Positions 9,284-18,856 of a stretch of DNA of 64,000 nucleotides are shown one piece after another. Source of the stretch: Dehalococcoidia bacterium (lineage in GTDB: Bacteria; Chloroflexota; Dehalococcoidia; Bin125); contig CAXXRD010000002.1 in NCBI GenBank assembly GCA_963663895.2, positions 704,001-768,000 of the forward strand, in the 5' to 3' direction. The translations under genes were made by a program, and so were the position numbers. Under the pieces are notes generated by a model that was given only the letters and a program-made list of their open reading frames with translations, was not told the origin of the DNA and ran no database searches. Numbering within the stretch: the first letter of the stretch is position 1; each line of letters begins with the position of its first letter.

Positions 9284-11551
9284 TCACCGCCCGGCTGATT
9301 GGCCATTCCCCAGCAGCGAAGGAAGCGCGTTCCGGTAGGCGGCGCCGATATCGCTGATCGGTAGATCGATCGCCGCGCCGATACGCAGGCGATCGCCGGA
9401 TACGGTGCCGAGGAGGGTGAAGGGAACCTCCATCTCATGGGCAAGCGCGCCGCACGCACTCCGATCACGCGGGTGCACGCTGACGACGGCACGCGCGCCG
9501 GCCTCCCCGAAGAGCGCCGCGTCCACACGGGAACCGAGCTCGATCGAAGCGCCATCGAACCCCGCGCCACCCGCGACGGCGCATTCCGCCAGCGCCACCG
9601 CCAGACCGCCGTCCGAGCAGTCGTGGGCGGAGCGGAGCAGACCGCGCTGGGCGGCGGTGGTCAGAAGCCGGATGAGCGCGGCCTCCGCAGAGAGGTCCAC
9701 AGCGACGGGGCCCGCTTCAAGCTGCTGTAGCGTCGCGAGATACTCCCCGCCCCCCAGCGTCGCCGGATCCTGCGGCACGGCGGCACCCACGAGGAAGACG
9801 AGGTCGCCCTCAGCCCGGAAGGGCATGCGCACGATCCGGTCCACATCCTCGATCACTCCCAGCATGCCGATGATCGGCGTCGGCGCGACGGGGATGCCGT
9901 TGGTTTCGTTGTAGAGCGAGGCGTTCCCCGAGATCACCGGGGTACCGAGCGCCCGCGCGGCCGCGCCGATGCCGCGCACGGCCTGCGCCAGCTGGTAGGC
10001 GATCGGCGAGCGCTCGGGGTTGCCGAAGTTCAGGCAATCGGTGAGCGCCAGTGGCGTCGCGCCGGTACAGGCGACATTGCGCGCCGCTTCCGCAACGGCA
10101 CGGGCGCCTCCCACCCAAGGATCGAGGTAGGTCGTGCGGCCGTTGCCGTCGGTGGCGAGAGCGATGGCGCGCTGCGTGCCTTTGATGCGGAGCACTCCGG
10201 CATCACTGCCGGGCACGATCACCGTGTTGGTCAGGACCTGCTGGTCGTATTGGCGCGTGACCCAGTCCTTGTCTGCGATGTTGGGCGTAGCCAGGAGTGC
10301 GAGGAGCGCGGCGTTGGCGTCGGAAAGGTCCGGAAGCGTGCCGGGGTCGAAGTCCGCCGCCGTCACCGCCGCGGGATCGCGCACACCTTCGTCCTCATAG
10401 GTCGGCGGCGAGGTGAGCAGCGCGGTGTCGATGCTCGCAACCTCTTCGTCTCCATCCACGACACGCGCGACGCCGTCCTCCGTCACCTGGCCGATCACCG
10501 TGGCCGATAGCTCCCAACGCTCGAAATGTCGCGCGACATCGTCCTCGCGGCCGCACCGGACGACCACCAACATCCGCTCTTGTGATTCCGAGAGCATGAC
10601 ATCGTAGGGCGTCATGCCGGCCTCGCGGCGGGGAACGTGGCTCACGTCGATGCGCACCCCCGTGCCGGCCCGGGCCGCGCATTCGACCGCGCTGCTGGTG
10701 AGTCCGGCCGCGCCGAGGTCCTGCAGCCCCGTGATCCAATCCGGATGGTCGGTCGCCAACGCAACGCAGGCCTCCATCAGCAGCTTTTCCATGAACGGGT
10801 TGCCGACCTGCACAGCCGGGCGGCGCTCCTCGCTGCGGTCGCCGAGTTCCACGCTGGCGAACGTGGCGCCGTGGAGCCCGTCCCTGCCCGTGTCGGCGCC
10901 GACCAGCATGAGGGCGTTGCCCGGACCATCGGCGCGGGCGCTGACGAGCTCGCCCCGGCGAGCCAGGCCGACGCACATCGCATTCACCAGCGGATTGGCC
11001 GCGTAGGACCCGCCGAATGCCACCTCGCCCCCCACATTGGGAATGCCCAGGCAGTTGCCGTAGTCGCCGACACCGGCGACCACGTTCTTCAGTAGCCGCC
11101 GGCTGTCTCGCTGGGACGGCGGACCGAAGCGCAGGGAATCAAGGAGAGCGATCGGCCGCGCGCCCATCGCGAAGATATCGCGCACGATGCCGCCCACCCC
11201 GGTCGCGGCGCCCTGGTACGGCTCGATCGCGCTGGGATGGTTGTGCGACTCGATCTTCATCACCACGACCCAGCCGTCGCCGATGTCCACGGCACCCGCG
11301 TTCTCGCCGCCCAATGCGGTGAGGATGTGCGGCGCTTCGACGGGGAAGTGGCGGAAGAGCGGGCGCGAATGCTTGTAGCCGCAATGCTCACTCCAGAGGG
11401 CGCCGATCATGCCCAGCTCGAGCGGCGTCGGGTCACGGCCGAGGCGCGCGCGCGCGTCCTCGTACTCCGCTCGACTCAGGGCGATCTGCTCGAGCGTCGC
11501 GTCGTCGACAGCGTGCGCGGATGACGTCAATGCATCAGTCCCACCGCTCAA
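9284..11551 (-). CDS. purL: phosphoribosylformylglycinamidine synthase subunit PurL
   Basis: WSEHCGYK, KIESHNHPS, GAATGVGGIVRD, SESQERM. Confidence 0.98.
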   Translation of the reverse strand: MSGGTDALTSSAHAVDDATLEQIALSRAEYEDARARLGRDPTPLELGMIGALWSEHCGYKHSRPLFRHFPVEAPHILTALGGENAGAVDIGDGWVVVMKIESHNHPSAIEPYQGAATGVGGIVRDIFAMGARPIALLDSLRFGPPSQRDSRRLLKNVVAGVGDYGNCLGIPNVGGEVAFGGSYAANPLVNAMCVGLARRGELVSARADGPGNALMLVGADTGRDGLHGATFASVELGDRSEERRPAVQVGNPFMEKLLMEACVALATDHPDWITGLQDLGAAGLTSSAVECAARAGTGVRIDVSHVPRREAGMTPYDVMLSESQERMLVVVRCGREDDVARHFERWELSATVIGQVTEDGVARVVDGDEEVASIDTALLTSPPTYEDEGVRDPAAVTAADFDPGTLPDLSDANAALLALLATPNIADKDWVTRQYDQQVLTNTVIVPGSDAGVLRIKGTQRAIALATDGNGRTTYLDPWVGGARAVAEAARNVACTGATPLALTDCLNFGNPERSPIAYQLAQAVRGIGAAARALGTPVISGNASLYNETNGIPVAPTPIIGMLGVIEDVDRIVRMPFRAEGDLVFLVGAAVPQDPATLGGGEYLATLQQLEAGPVAVDLSAEAALIRLLTTAAQRGLLRSAHDCSDGGLAVALAECAVAGGAGFDGASIELGSRVDAALFGEAGARAVVSVHPRDRSACGALAHEMEVPFTLLGTVSGDRLRIGAAIDLPISDIGAAYRNALPSLLGNGQSAGR

Positions 11552-12224
11552 TCATTGAGCGCCAGATATAGAGCCCGTCCTCGCCTCCCAACAACGCCTC
11601 GCTGGCCCGTTCGGGGTGCGGCATCATGCCGCAGACGGTGCCGGCAGCATTCATGACGCCGGCGATATGGGAGGCGGAGCCGTTGGGATTGGCGGAGGCC
11701 GTCACAGTGCCGGAGGCGTCCACATAGCGAAACAGGATTCGCCGCTCCGCCTCAAGCTCCGCCAAGATGTCCGGATCGGCGAAATAGTTCCCCTCCCCAT
11801 GCGAAATAGGCAGCATGAGCCGCTGTCCTTCCGCACACGCGCTCGTGAAGGGCGTATCCGCGCGTTCGACGCGGATGTGCTGTGGAGCGCAGCGATACTG
11901 GAGGCTCTGATTGCGGCGGAGCGTACCCGGCAGCAGCCCTGCCTCGCAGAGGATCTGGAAACCGTTGCAGGAGCCAAAGACCAGGCGGCCCGCGTCGACA
12001 TGGCGCCGCAGGGCGGTCATCACCGGGGAGAAGCGGGCGATCGCCCCGCAGCGCAAGTAGTCGCCGTGCGCGAAACCGCCGGGGACGATGACCGCATCGT
12101 AGCCGTCAAGGCTGCTCTCGCGGTGCCAGACGAGATCGGTGGGGTGGCCCAACACGTCTTGGAGAACGTAGCGGCAATCGCCGTCGCTCCAAGTACCAGG
12201 GAACACGAGGACGGCGAAATGCAC
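11535..12224 (-). CDS. purQ: FGAM synthase glutaminase subunit PurQ
   Basis: PGGFAHGDYLR, GSCNGFQIL, HGEG, MMPHPER. Confidence 0.98.
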   Translation of the reverse strand: MHFAVLVFPGTWSDGDCRYVLQDVLGHPTDLVWHRESSLDGYDAVIVPGGFAHGDYLRCGAIARFSPVMTALRRHVDAGRLVFGSCNGFQILCEAGLLPGTLRRNQSLQYRCAPQHIRVERADTPFTSACAEGQRLMLPISHGEGNYFADPDILAELEAERRILFRYVDASGTVTASANPNGSASHIAGVMNAAGTVCGMMPHPERASEALLGGEDGLYIWRSMIERWD

Positions 12225-12266
12225 GCACTACTCCCGCGTCGATCTTAACACCGCCCGCCGCGGTGA

Positions 12267-14570
12267 CTAAAGGCTTCCGCTGGCGCCAGGACCGGGTTGA
12301 GCGATCTCGGGGGGCTCGCTGCCATCAACTGGGAGATCGCTGACCGGCTCGGGAGGGGCCGTGAAGTCCTCCGGCAACGGGCTGCGCGTGAGACGCTCCT
12401 GCTCGGCCGCCGTGGGTTCGGGATAGCTGATACGCGAGTGGTACACGCCGCGCAGCGTGACCTTGAATGATTCGCCCACGAGCCGCAGATCGCGAAGGGT
12501 CATGTCGCTGTCGTCGAGTTGCCGCTCGGCGAGACGTTCGTTGATCACGCCATCGATCAGGCTGTCGATCTGCTCCGGATCACGGTCGTGGGACGAGCGG
12601 ACCACCGCCTCACAGGAGTCGGCCAGCATGACGATCGCGGTCTCGCGGGAGCGGGGCCGGGGTCCTTCGTAGGTGAAGCCGGTTGGATCGACGTCGGGAT
12701 CGAGCTGCGCGGCCTTCCGGTAAAAGTAGGTGACGAGCCGCGTGCCGTGATGCTCGGGAATGAAGTCCCGCACCCGCTCCGGCAATCGATGCCGGCGGCC
12801 GAGTTCCAGCCCCCAGCGCACGTGTTCCTGGATCACGCGTGCGCTCTCCCACGGGTCGACGCCATCGTGGGGGTTTTCCTCATCGCCCTGATTTTCGATG
12901 TACATGTGCGGCTGTGCGAGCTTGCCGATGTCGTGGTAGTAGGCCCCCACGCGCACGAGCAGCGGATGGGCGTCGATCTGCGCGGCGGCGCGTTCGCCCA
13001 TGGTCGCGACAAGCTGTGAGTGATGAAACGTCCCGGGCGCCTCTTCTTGGAGGCGCCGTAAGAGTGGCTGGGTCAGTTGAGCCATCTCCAGCAGCTGCAG
13101 GCGCGTCGTGACACCGAACGTTGAACCGAGAAAGGTGAACGCACCCACCGTGACGACGCCAGTGACGACCGTGGCGATGAGGGCCGTGAGCGCGAGCCAG
13201 GCAAGGGCGACCGTGGAGCGATCATCGTTGAACAACCAAAAGGCGAGCCCGGTGATGAACACCGTGCCGCCGATGACGCTACCCACCACGGCATACTGCG
13301 TCACCCGCTCCACCCGTGTGCTCGCAAAGACGCCCGCGACGCCGGCGAATAGGAACGTCACCGCCGGCCGCAGCGCTTGCTCCGCGCTCGGCATATTGGT
13401 CACGTCGTAGTCGGGGAACGCCATCGCGGCGAAACCGCCCAGCGCCGCGACGATCGTGGCGACGACGAGGGCCAGCGTGGTTTCCAAAAGCACCGTGGCG
13501 AGCACGGCCACCGCCGCCAGGGGCAGGATTAACTCAAGCGCCTTGTCCTGCTCCTCCGGGAGAACGGCCGGAAAGTACCAGCGCGCGGCGACCGCCGCCA
13601 AAAAGATCAAGGCGCCCAACAGGACGAGCCGGCGGTCGCTGGCCGCGGCGCGCGGGTGCGTGAGGGCGAGGTAGGCGCCGAGTGTCACCGCGCAAGCCGC
13701 CGCGATGATGAGGACGGCGATCAGCTCGTCGCCGGGGACGCCGCCCGAGTCCGGGGTGAGCCGTTCAAGCGCTTCAGTCGCCACCGCGTCGGTCTCGGCC
13801 GCGGTGAAGCTGACGCCGAGGAGGGAAACAGGGAGATCGCAGCGCGCCAAGATGTCCGCCCCGGTCACCTCCACCCCTTGGGGAAAGACGAGCTCTCCCT
13901 CCCTGAAGGAGCAGACCACGGGGGACACGATCGACCGCGCCTGCTCGCGGGCAGCGAGCGTGGCCACGTCATCGATCACGACGTTGGGCATGATCAGCGG
14001 CGCGACCAGTTCGACGACAACCTCACGCACGGCCGGGGCGAGATCGGGATCGACGTGATTGGGGATCTCGGAACGAAGCGTCTCGAGATCGCTCTCGATG
14101 ATGTTCGCCGCGAACGATTCCGTGAGCAGCGTGGTGGCTTCATCGCGAGCCGTCTCCCACTGGGCGTTGGTAAAGCTGAGCACGAGAATCTGCCCGCGGA
14201 GACTGAGCGGTAACCCGGGCACTGCGGCGAGGGCGGCCGTCCGCTCGGCCTCCGTTGCGCTCGATCCGCGGATATCGCTAATGCTCATGAGCAGGGCCTG
14301 CAGCGCGCCCGCTTGCGCGCGCTCCACCCCGCGATCGACTGTGACGAACGCGGCGACATCCTCGCCGGCCGCATCGCGAGCGAGGTCCGTGAGGACGGCG
14401 CTCTCAAAAGCGACATCTTCCCGAGCCCGCACATCGTCCAGGGCGGTCTCCCCGACCTGCGGCAGGGTCTCCGCGGGCTCCATCGGGATCAGCGCGATCG
14501 TGAGTGCGATCGAAAGCCCCACGACGAAAGTCGCGAGACGAACGGGCGTATAGAACTGGTGACGGTCCAT
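12267..14570 (-). CDS. 7TM-HD membrane phosphohydrolase (PgpH-like cyclic-di-AMP phosphodiesterase family)
   Basis: N-terminal TM, extracellular domain, multiple TM helices, APGTFHHS, YYHDIGK, EHHGT, MLADSCEA. Confidence 0.88.
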   Translation of the reverse strand: MDRHQFYTPVRLATFVVGLSIALTIALIPMEPAETLPQVGETALDDVRAREDVAFESAVLTDLARDAAGEDVAAFVTVDRGVERAQAGALQALLMSISDIRGSSATEAERTAALAAVPGLPLSLRGQILVLSFTNAQWETARDEATTLLTESFAANIIESDLETLRSEIPNHVDPDLAPAVREVVVELVAPLIMPNVVIDDVATLAAREQARSIVSPVVCSFREGELVFPQGVEVTGADILARCDLPVSLLGVSFTAAETDAVATEALERLTPDSGGVPGDELIAVLIIAAACAVTLGAYLALTHPRAAASDRRLVLLGALIFLAAVAARWYFPAVLPEEQDKALELILPLAAVAVLATVLLETTLALVVATIVAALGGFAAMAFPDYDVTNMPSAEQALRPAVTFLFAGVAGVFASTRVERVTQYAVVGSVIGGTVFITGLAFWLFNDDRSTVALAWLALTALIATVVTGVVTVGAFTFLGSTFGVTTRLQLLEMAQLTQPLLRRLQEEAPGTFHHSQLVATMGERAAAQIDAHPLLVRVGAYYHDIGKLAQPHMYIENQGDEENPHDGVDPWESARVIQEHVRWGLELGRRHRLPERVRDFIPEHHGTRLVTYFYRKAAQLDPDVDPTGFTYEGPRPRSRETAIVMLADSCEAVVRSSHDRDPEQIDSLIDGVINERLAERQLDDSDMTLRDLRLVGESFKVTLRGVYHSRISYPEPTAAEQERLTRSPLPEDFTAPPEPVSDLPVDGSEPPEIAQPGPGASGSL

Positions 14571-14820
14571 GCGGAGCAGCCCTATAGCGGGCAGTCTATT
14601 GCAGCGATGCCGCGGCCTTTGAACCGCCCGGAAACTCCGGGAGAAAGCGGCGCGCCAGCCAGCCGGCGGCGGAGCCGCGAAGCCCTCTCCCGAGCGACTC
14701 CCAGGCGGCTATCGTCTTTTCGCGCGTGCCCCGAAGCGAGCGGGCAGCCCCTCCATCAGAGCGCTGCGGTGCAGCGCGGCGGCCGGGGCCCGGCGGCCGC
14801 ACGCTCACGGCGAGGCCGGC

Positions 14821-14964
14821 TTAGTCTGCGGAGGGAAGCACCTTTGGCTGCATCAGTTCGAGCGCCCGATCGTCGATCGTCAGTCCACCTTCGCCCGGCT
14901 TGATGCAGAGCACCTCAATGCCGGTCTCTTCGTCCTTGTAGCGCTTGCCCAGCTGCACGGCCAT
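14821..14964 (-). CDS. 47-aa microprotein, desulforedoxin-like paralog lacking the Cys ligands
   Basis: Manual translation MAVQLGKRYKDEETGIEVLCIKPGEGGLTIDDRALELMQPKVLPSAD; GGAGG RBS; not in the ORF track. Confidence 0.75.
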   Translation of the reverse strand: MAVQLGKRYKDEETGIEVLCIKPGEGGLTIDDRALELMQPKVLPSAD

Positions 14965-14997
14965 GCGAACCCTCCGTGATCGGTCAGTGCGTCGCGG

Positions 14998-15120
14998 TTA
15001 CTTTTTTAAGTCCAGGAGCTTCCCGCAGCACTTGAGCTCTGCATCGCCGCCCTTGGTCACGATGAACTCTGCTCCGCAGGCGGAGCAGACGTAGCGCTTC
15101 CCAGTCTGCGCATTCGCCAT
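14998..15120 (-). CDS. 40-aa stand-alone desulforedoxin-like Fe/Zn(Cys)4 protein
   Basis: Manual translation MANAQTGKRYVCSACGAEFIVTKGGDAELKCCGKLLDLKK; YxCxxCG...GG..LxCCG signature; GGAGGT RBS. Confidence 0.85.
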   Translation of the reverse strand: MANAQTGKRYVCSACGAEFIVTKGGDAELKCCGKLLDLKK

Positions 15121-15196
15121 GCAATCGACCTCCGCGTACCAGTCCGAACCAAGTACCTCTACCGCGCGGGGCGGTAGTCGCTCACTTCCGCGCTGC

Positions 15197-16147
15197 TCAT
15201 TCTAGCGTTTGCAGCCAGGCGTAGATGTCGTACACGTCCGCGTTAGGAATCTGGTCCGTCGTGAACTGGGGCATCGCTTCGCGCGGGTTGCGGTACTGGT
15301 ACGCCACCTGCGAAAAGGTGAGTGACGTCCTGGCGATCGTCGGCCCGATTCCGCCCTCGCCCACATCCCCGTGGCAGACGTTGCAGCCATTGCTGAAGAA
15401 GAGCTCCTGACCACGGTCGGCATTGGGGGTAAAGAGGTCGGTAGAGATCTGGGGTACGTCCTCGTCCGCGGGACCTTCGCCGACAGCAGCGGTTGGCTCG
15501 GCTTGAAGCTGCCCGCAGGTTCCCGACGTGACCGAAGGGCTCGGCACCGGGATCGGCAGTCCCGCCGCGAAGCGCTCCTCTGCCGCCGCCAGCGCCTCCT
15601 CCGCAGCGACGATGGCATCGGCGTCGCCACTGGCCTCCGCGGCGCGAAGGGCATCGCGCAAGCCAGCGATCGTCGCCTCGTCCAGCTCGATGGCGAGTTC
15701 ATGCGCCAGGTCCCAAGCGCCGCCAGCGTTCGTCGTGACCAGGCCGACAAGATTGTCGATATGGGAAAAGTTCAGCGCACCGCCCTGCTCGACGGCCCAG
15801 GGCGGCATGGCGGTCCCATTGCGTCCACAGGTGATCGTGTCGTCGATGAACGCCTGGCGCTCAGCGAGCTTGCCATCGTTCCCTTCGCGGAACCCGAAGG
15901 TGTTCTCGGGCGTATTGAGGGCGGGGGCGATGAGGGAGGGATGCTGGGCCCGGCCTAAGCCCTTGTTGCCGTGGCATTCCCGACAGTTGTTCGCGAAGAG
16001 ATGGGCGCCGCGATCCGCCGCGACCAACAGGACTTCCTCTTCGGCCGCTGCCCGGCGGCCGACGTCGAACCAGGTATAGGCGCCGAGGGAGATGACGCCC
16101 ATGAAGAGGAGCACCACCATGGCGATGACTTGCTTGTTGGTGTTCAT
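15197..16147 (-). CDS. membrane-anchored diheme cytochrome c (Rieske/cyt b complex subunit)
   Basis: N-terminal TM; CRECH and CNVCH heme motifs with downstream MP axial Met candidates. Confidence 0.9.
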   Translation of the reverse strand: MNTNKQVIAMVVLLFMGVISLGAYTWFDVGRRAAAEEEVLLVAADRGAHLFANNCRECHGNKGLGRAQHPSLIAPALNTPENTFGFREGNDGKLAERQAFIDDTITCGRNGTAMPPWAVEQGGALNFSHIDNLVGLVTTNAGGAWDLAHELAIELDEATIAGLRDALRAAEASGDADAIVAAEEALAAAEERFAAGLPIPVPSPSVTSGTCGQLQAEPTAAVGEGPADEDVPQISTDLFTPNADRGQELFFSNGCNVCHGDVGEGGIGPTIARTSLTFSQVAYQYRNPREAMPQFTTDQIPNADVYDIYAWLQTLE

Positions 16148-16875
16148 GCGTCGTAGGGCACGGCCCGGGTGGGGTTATCTTCACCACCCGGAGTGATCGA
16201 ACCCGTGTCGACGGTGATGGAGCCGTCCGCATTGACCGTAATGTCCATCGTGTCCATGGGACGCGGCGCCGGGCCGAAGACGCGCACGCCCGCCCGGTTG
16301 TAGGTCGAGCCGTGGCAGGGACAGCGGAACCAGCCGGTAGCGCCCTCGAAGGTGAATGCCTCTCGCCACGGCACCGTACAGCCAAGATGAGGGCAGACCC
16401 AGAAGAGCGCGACCAATCCGCCGCTCCCGGACGTGCCGAACCCGGCGTGGGTGCCCTCGCCCGACTCGAGATTGACGAGCCAGAACTTGCCGTTGGCGAC
16501 GCGCACCGGGTTGTCCCCGGGGCGGGGGACAAGGTCGGCGGAAACGGGAACTTCGCCACCGAAGCCCTGCAAGCCCCGTGGCCAGAAGAACGACAGGAAA
16601 GCGGCCAGGCTTCCGGTCAGGCCGATACCCATCGCGCCCCAAAAGGCCGCACCGAAGAAACGCCGCCGGGACAGCTCGGCGCGGCGCGCGCGGCGCGCCT
16701 GCTCTTGCCGCACGATGGCGCGCTCCGGCGCCGGGCGCTCGATGACCCCGATCTCCCGCTCCGAAGGCGCGGCGCGCGCCGTCCGCTGCGGGCGGCTACC
16801 GCCCGACGGCTCACCGCCCCCGCGATCAACAACAGGGGGACCGCCCTCGCCCAAGCCGCTTCTATCGCTTCCCAT
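16144..16875 (-). CDS. Rieske iron-sulfur subunit (PetC/QcrA-like)
   Basis: Tat-like SRRRFF plus TM; CPHLGC and CPCHGS boxes; GPAPRP. Confidence 0.95.
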   Translation of the reverse strand: MGSDRSGLGEGGPPVVDRGGGEPSGGSRPQRTARAAPSEREIGVIERPAPERAIVRQEQARRARRAELSRRRFFGAAFWGAMGIGLTGSLAAFLSFFWPRGLQGFGGEVPVSADLVPRPGDNPVRVANGKFWLVNLESGEGTHAGFGTSGSGGLVALFWVCPHLGCTVPWREAFTFEGATGWFRCPCHGSTYNRAGVRVFGPAPRPMDTMDITVNADGSITVDTGSITPGGEDNPTRAVPYDA

Positions 16876-16893
16876 AGCCGCTCTCGCCTCGCC

Positions 16894-17796
16894 CTATTCC
16901 TCTACCACCACGATATCCCACGGCGCCCGCAGCTCTTGCGCCTCGCCGCGGAAGAACTGGCCCACGGCGGTCAGCACGATGTAGGTCGCGATGAATCCGC
17001 TAAAGATCAGGATCGCCGTATCGCGGCGCGAGTAGATCCAGCCCAACTTATGCCGGGTGAACAGGTACAGCAGAACGGGCAACCCAATCATCGTCGCCAC
17101 CGGCACCAACTGCTGGGAGAGGAACGAGGGGAAGTTCAGGTTCAATAACCACGGGTCTTCCGTGGTGCCGGGAATACCCAGCGGGATGGCGCGCCAATCC
17201 TGGAACATCTTGAAGTCACCGATGGTGAAGCTCAGATCGTCCCAGTTGATCCGCGTGTCGAGCGAGCGGAGATCGCGAGCCCAATCGAGGCCGCCGGGCC
17301 AGGTGAAATCCCTGTTGAGCCCGAGGCCCCGGATGATGTTCTCGGTCCACTCCACGTGCTTCTGTCCGTCATAGATGATCAGCCAGATCGATCCGAAAAG
17401 CCCAACGCCCATCCCCCAGATCGTGAGCCGCACCGAGTTGGCGGTCCCGAACCAGACGCCCTGTTGTTCGTTGGAGCGGTCCCAATAGGGGACGGCCGCG
17501 AGCACGATCAGGAAGATCGTCGGAACGATGACGCCCGCCCACGCGGGCTCCATGTGCAGCAGCAGCTCCTGCAGGTTGAGGAAGTACCAGGGGGCCTTCG
17601 ACGGGTTGGGCGTGGTGTCGGGATCGGCGCGATTCAGCAGGGGCGCGTTGATGAAGACGGAGAGGACGACGAGGGAGACCGTGAAGAGCACCGCCGAGAT
17701 GAACTCGACGAAAACGAGATCCGGCCAGACGAGGACCTCTTCTTCGCGCTCCCGCCGGGGCCGGCGCTGCAGCGCGGCAACTACCCGCTCAGCCAT
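16894..17796 (-). CDS. cytochrome b subunit IV (PetD-like) with extra helices
   Basis: VWPDLV..E, ADPDTTPNPSKAPWYF (PEWY-equivalent), PYWDR. Confidence 0.85.
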   Translation of the reverse strand: MAERVVAALQRRPRREREEEVLVWPDLVFVEFISAVLFTVSLVVLSVFINAPLLNRADPDTTPNPSKAPWYFLNLQELLLHMEPAWAGVIVPTIFLIVLAAVPYWDRSNEQQGVWFGTANSVRLTIWGMGVGLFGSIWLIIYDGQKHVEWTENIIRGLGLNRDFTWPGGLDWARDLRSLDTRINWDDLSFTIGDFKMFQDWRAIPLGIPGTTEDPWLLNLNFPSFLSQQLVPVATMIGLPVLLYLFTRHKLGWIYSRRDTAILIFSGFIATYIVLTAVGQFFRGEAQELRAPWDIVVVEE

Positions 17797-17846
17797 GACT
17801 CTCCCGCACTCATCCCGTCCATGCTCTCAAGCCTGCCCTGCCGCCG

Positions 17847-18602
17847 TCAGAGCGGCCGGGCCAGCCCGCCATCGCGACGCACTCGCCAGAAGTGCACCGC
17901 CATAAAGATCGCCGCCAACAGCGGCAGCGCGATCACATGCAGGGTATAGAAGCGAATCAGCGCGTTCGGCCCCACCGAGAAACCGCCCAGGAGGAGGAAC
18001 TTACTCTCGTCGCCCAGGATGGGAGCGGAGCCGACCATCGTCGTGCCCACGGTGATGGCCCAGAAGGCGAGCTGATCCCACGGCAGCAGATAGCCAGTGA
18101 AGGAAAGTAGGAGCGTCAGAATGAAGAGGACGACCCCGATGACCCAGTTGAACTCGCGCGGCGGCTTATAGGCACCGGTGTAAAAGACCCGCATCATGTG
18201 GAGCAGCACGGTGATGATCATCGCGTGCGCCATCCAGCGATGGAGGTTGCGCATGAGCGAACCGAACCGCACGTTCGTCTCGAGCGCTTGGATGTCCGCA
18301 TAGGCGCGCTCGACGGACGGCACGTAGTAGAACATCAGCAGCACGCCGGTCACCGTGAGCCCTAGGAACATGAAGAAGGTCAAGCCGCCCAAACAGTACG
18401 TGTGCGTGATCTTAACGTGGGTGCGGTGGATCCGCGTCGGGTGCAGGTGCAGAAACACGTTGGTCGCCACGACCAGCATCTGGTTACGCGGCGTGTTCGG
18501 GTAGCCGCTGCGGAAGACCGACTTCCAGATGTAGTTATTGAAGAGGAGGTCGTAGAGCTGCTCGTTGAAGCCCCGTGCCGGCGGACGCTCCGCAGTTGCC
18601 AT
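17847..18602 (-). CDS. cytochrome b6-like N-terminal cytochrome b (PetB/QcrB)
   Basis: [36 protein letters not shown]. Confidence 0.95.
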   Translation of the reverse strand: MATAERPPARGFNEQLYDLLFNNYIWKSVFRSGYPNTPRNQMLVVATNVFLHLHPTRIHRTHVKITHTYCLGGLTFFMFLGLTVTGVLLMFYYVPSVERAYADIQALETNVRFGSLMRNLHRWMAHAMIITVLLHMMRVFYTGAYKPPREFNWVIGVVLFILTLLLSFTGYLLPWDQLAFWAITVGTTMVGSAPILGDESKFLLLGGFSVGPNALIRFYTLHVIALPLLAAIFMAVHFWRVRRDGGLARPL

Positions 18603-18611
18603 CGGCGCTCC

Positions 18612-18731
18612 CTAGTGGTCCCACCAACGGCCGAGGACGACCATCGCCCCCAGCCCGAAGAAAATCGTCAAGAGCACCAACGGCAGCTCCATGATCTCTG
18701 AGCGGAAGGGGATCTGCAGGAGGACTTCCAC
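18612..18731 (-). CDS. small single-TM protein, first gene of the cytochrome operon
   Basis: Manual translation MEVLLQIPFRSEIMELPLVLLTIFFGLGAMVVLGRWWDH (GTG start, alternative ATG 18692); its stop abuts the cyt b RBS. Confidence 0.6.
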   Translation of the reverse strand: MEVLLQIPFRSEIMELPLVLLTIFFGLGAMVVLGRWWDH

Positions 18732-18793
18732 GCCGGCGGCCTCGCTCTCAGCACGCCCACTCACGCGCGCAAGTCGCCGCAACGCACGCGAGT

Positions 18794-18843
18794 TCGTGAA
18801 GAAATGTGCAATCGGAATCTAGCACTCCGTAAGAAGGTGTCAA
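18794..18843 (-). promoter_or_regulatory. sigma70 promoter TTGACA-N16-TAGATT (TG-extended) with a possible Rex-like operator at 18794-18811
   Basis: -35 at 18838-18843, -10 at 18816-18821; TCGTGAA-GAAA-TGTGCAA near the expected start site. Confidence 0.6.
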
Positions 18844-18856
18844 GCGAGACCCTCGG

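Noticed and set aside
8482-9570. 362-aa L9 ORF
   Set aside because: Upstream extension overlaps purL and the promoter; canonical MKV start at 9042
12225-12266. Missing purS before purQ
   Set aside because: Gap too short for a gene; pur genes are scattered in this window, so purS is probably elsewhere
14571-14820. Possible c-di-AMP (ydaO) riboswitch upstream of the PgpH-like gene
   Set aside because: Conserved ydaO sequence elements not found
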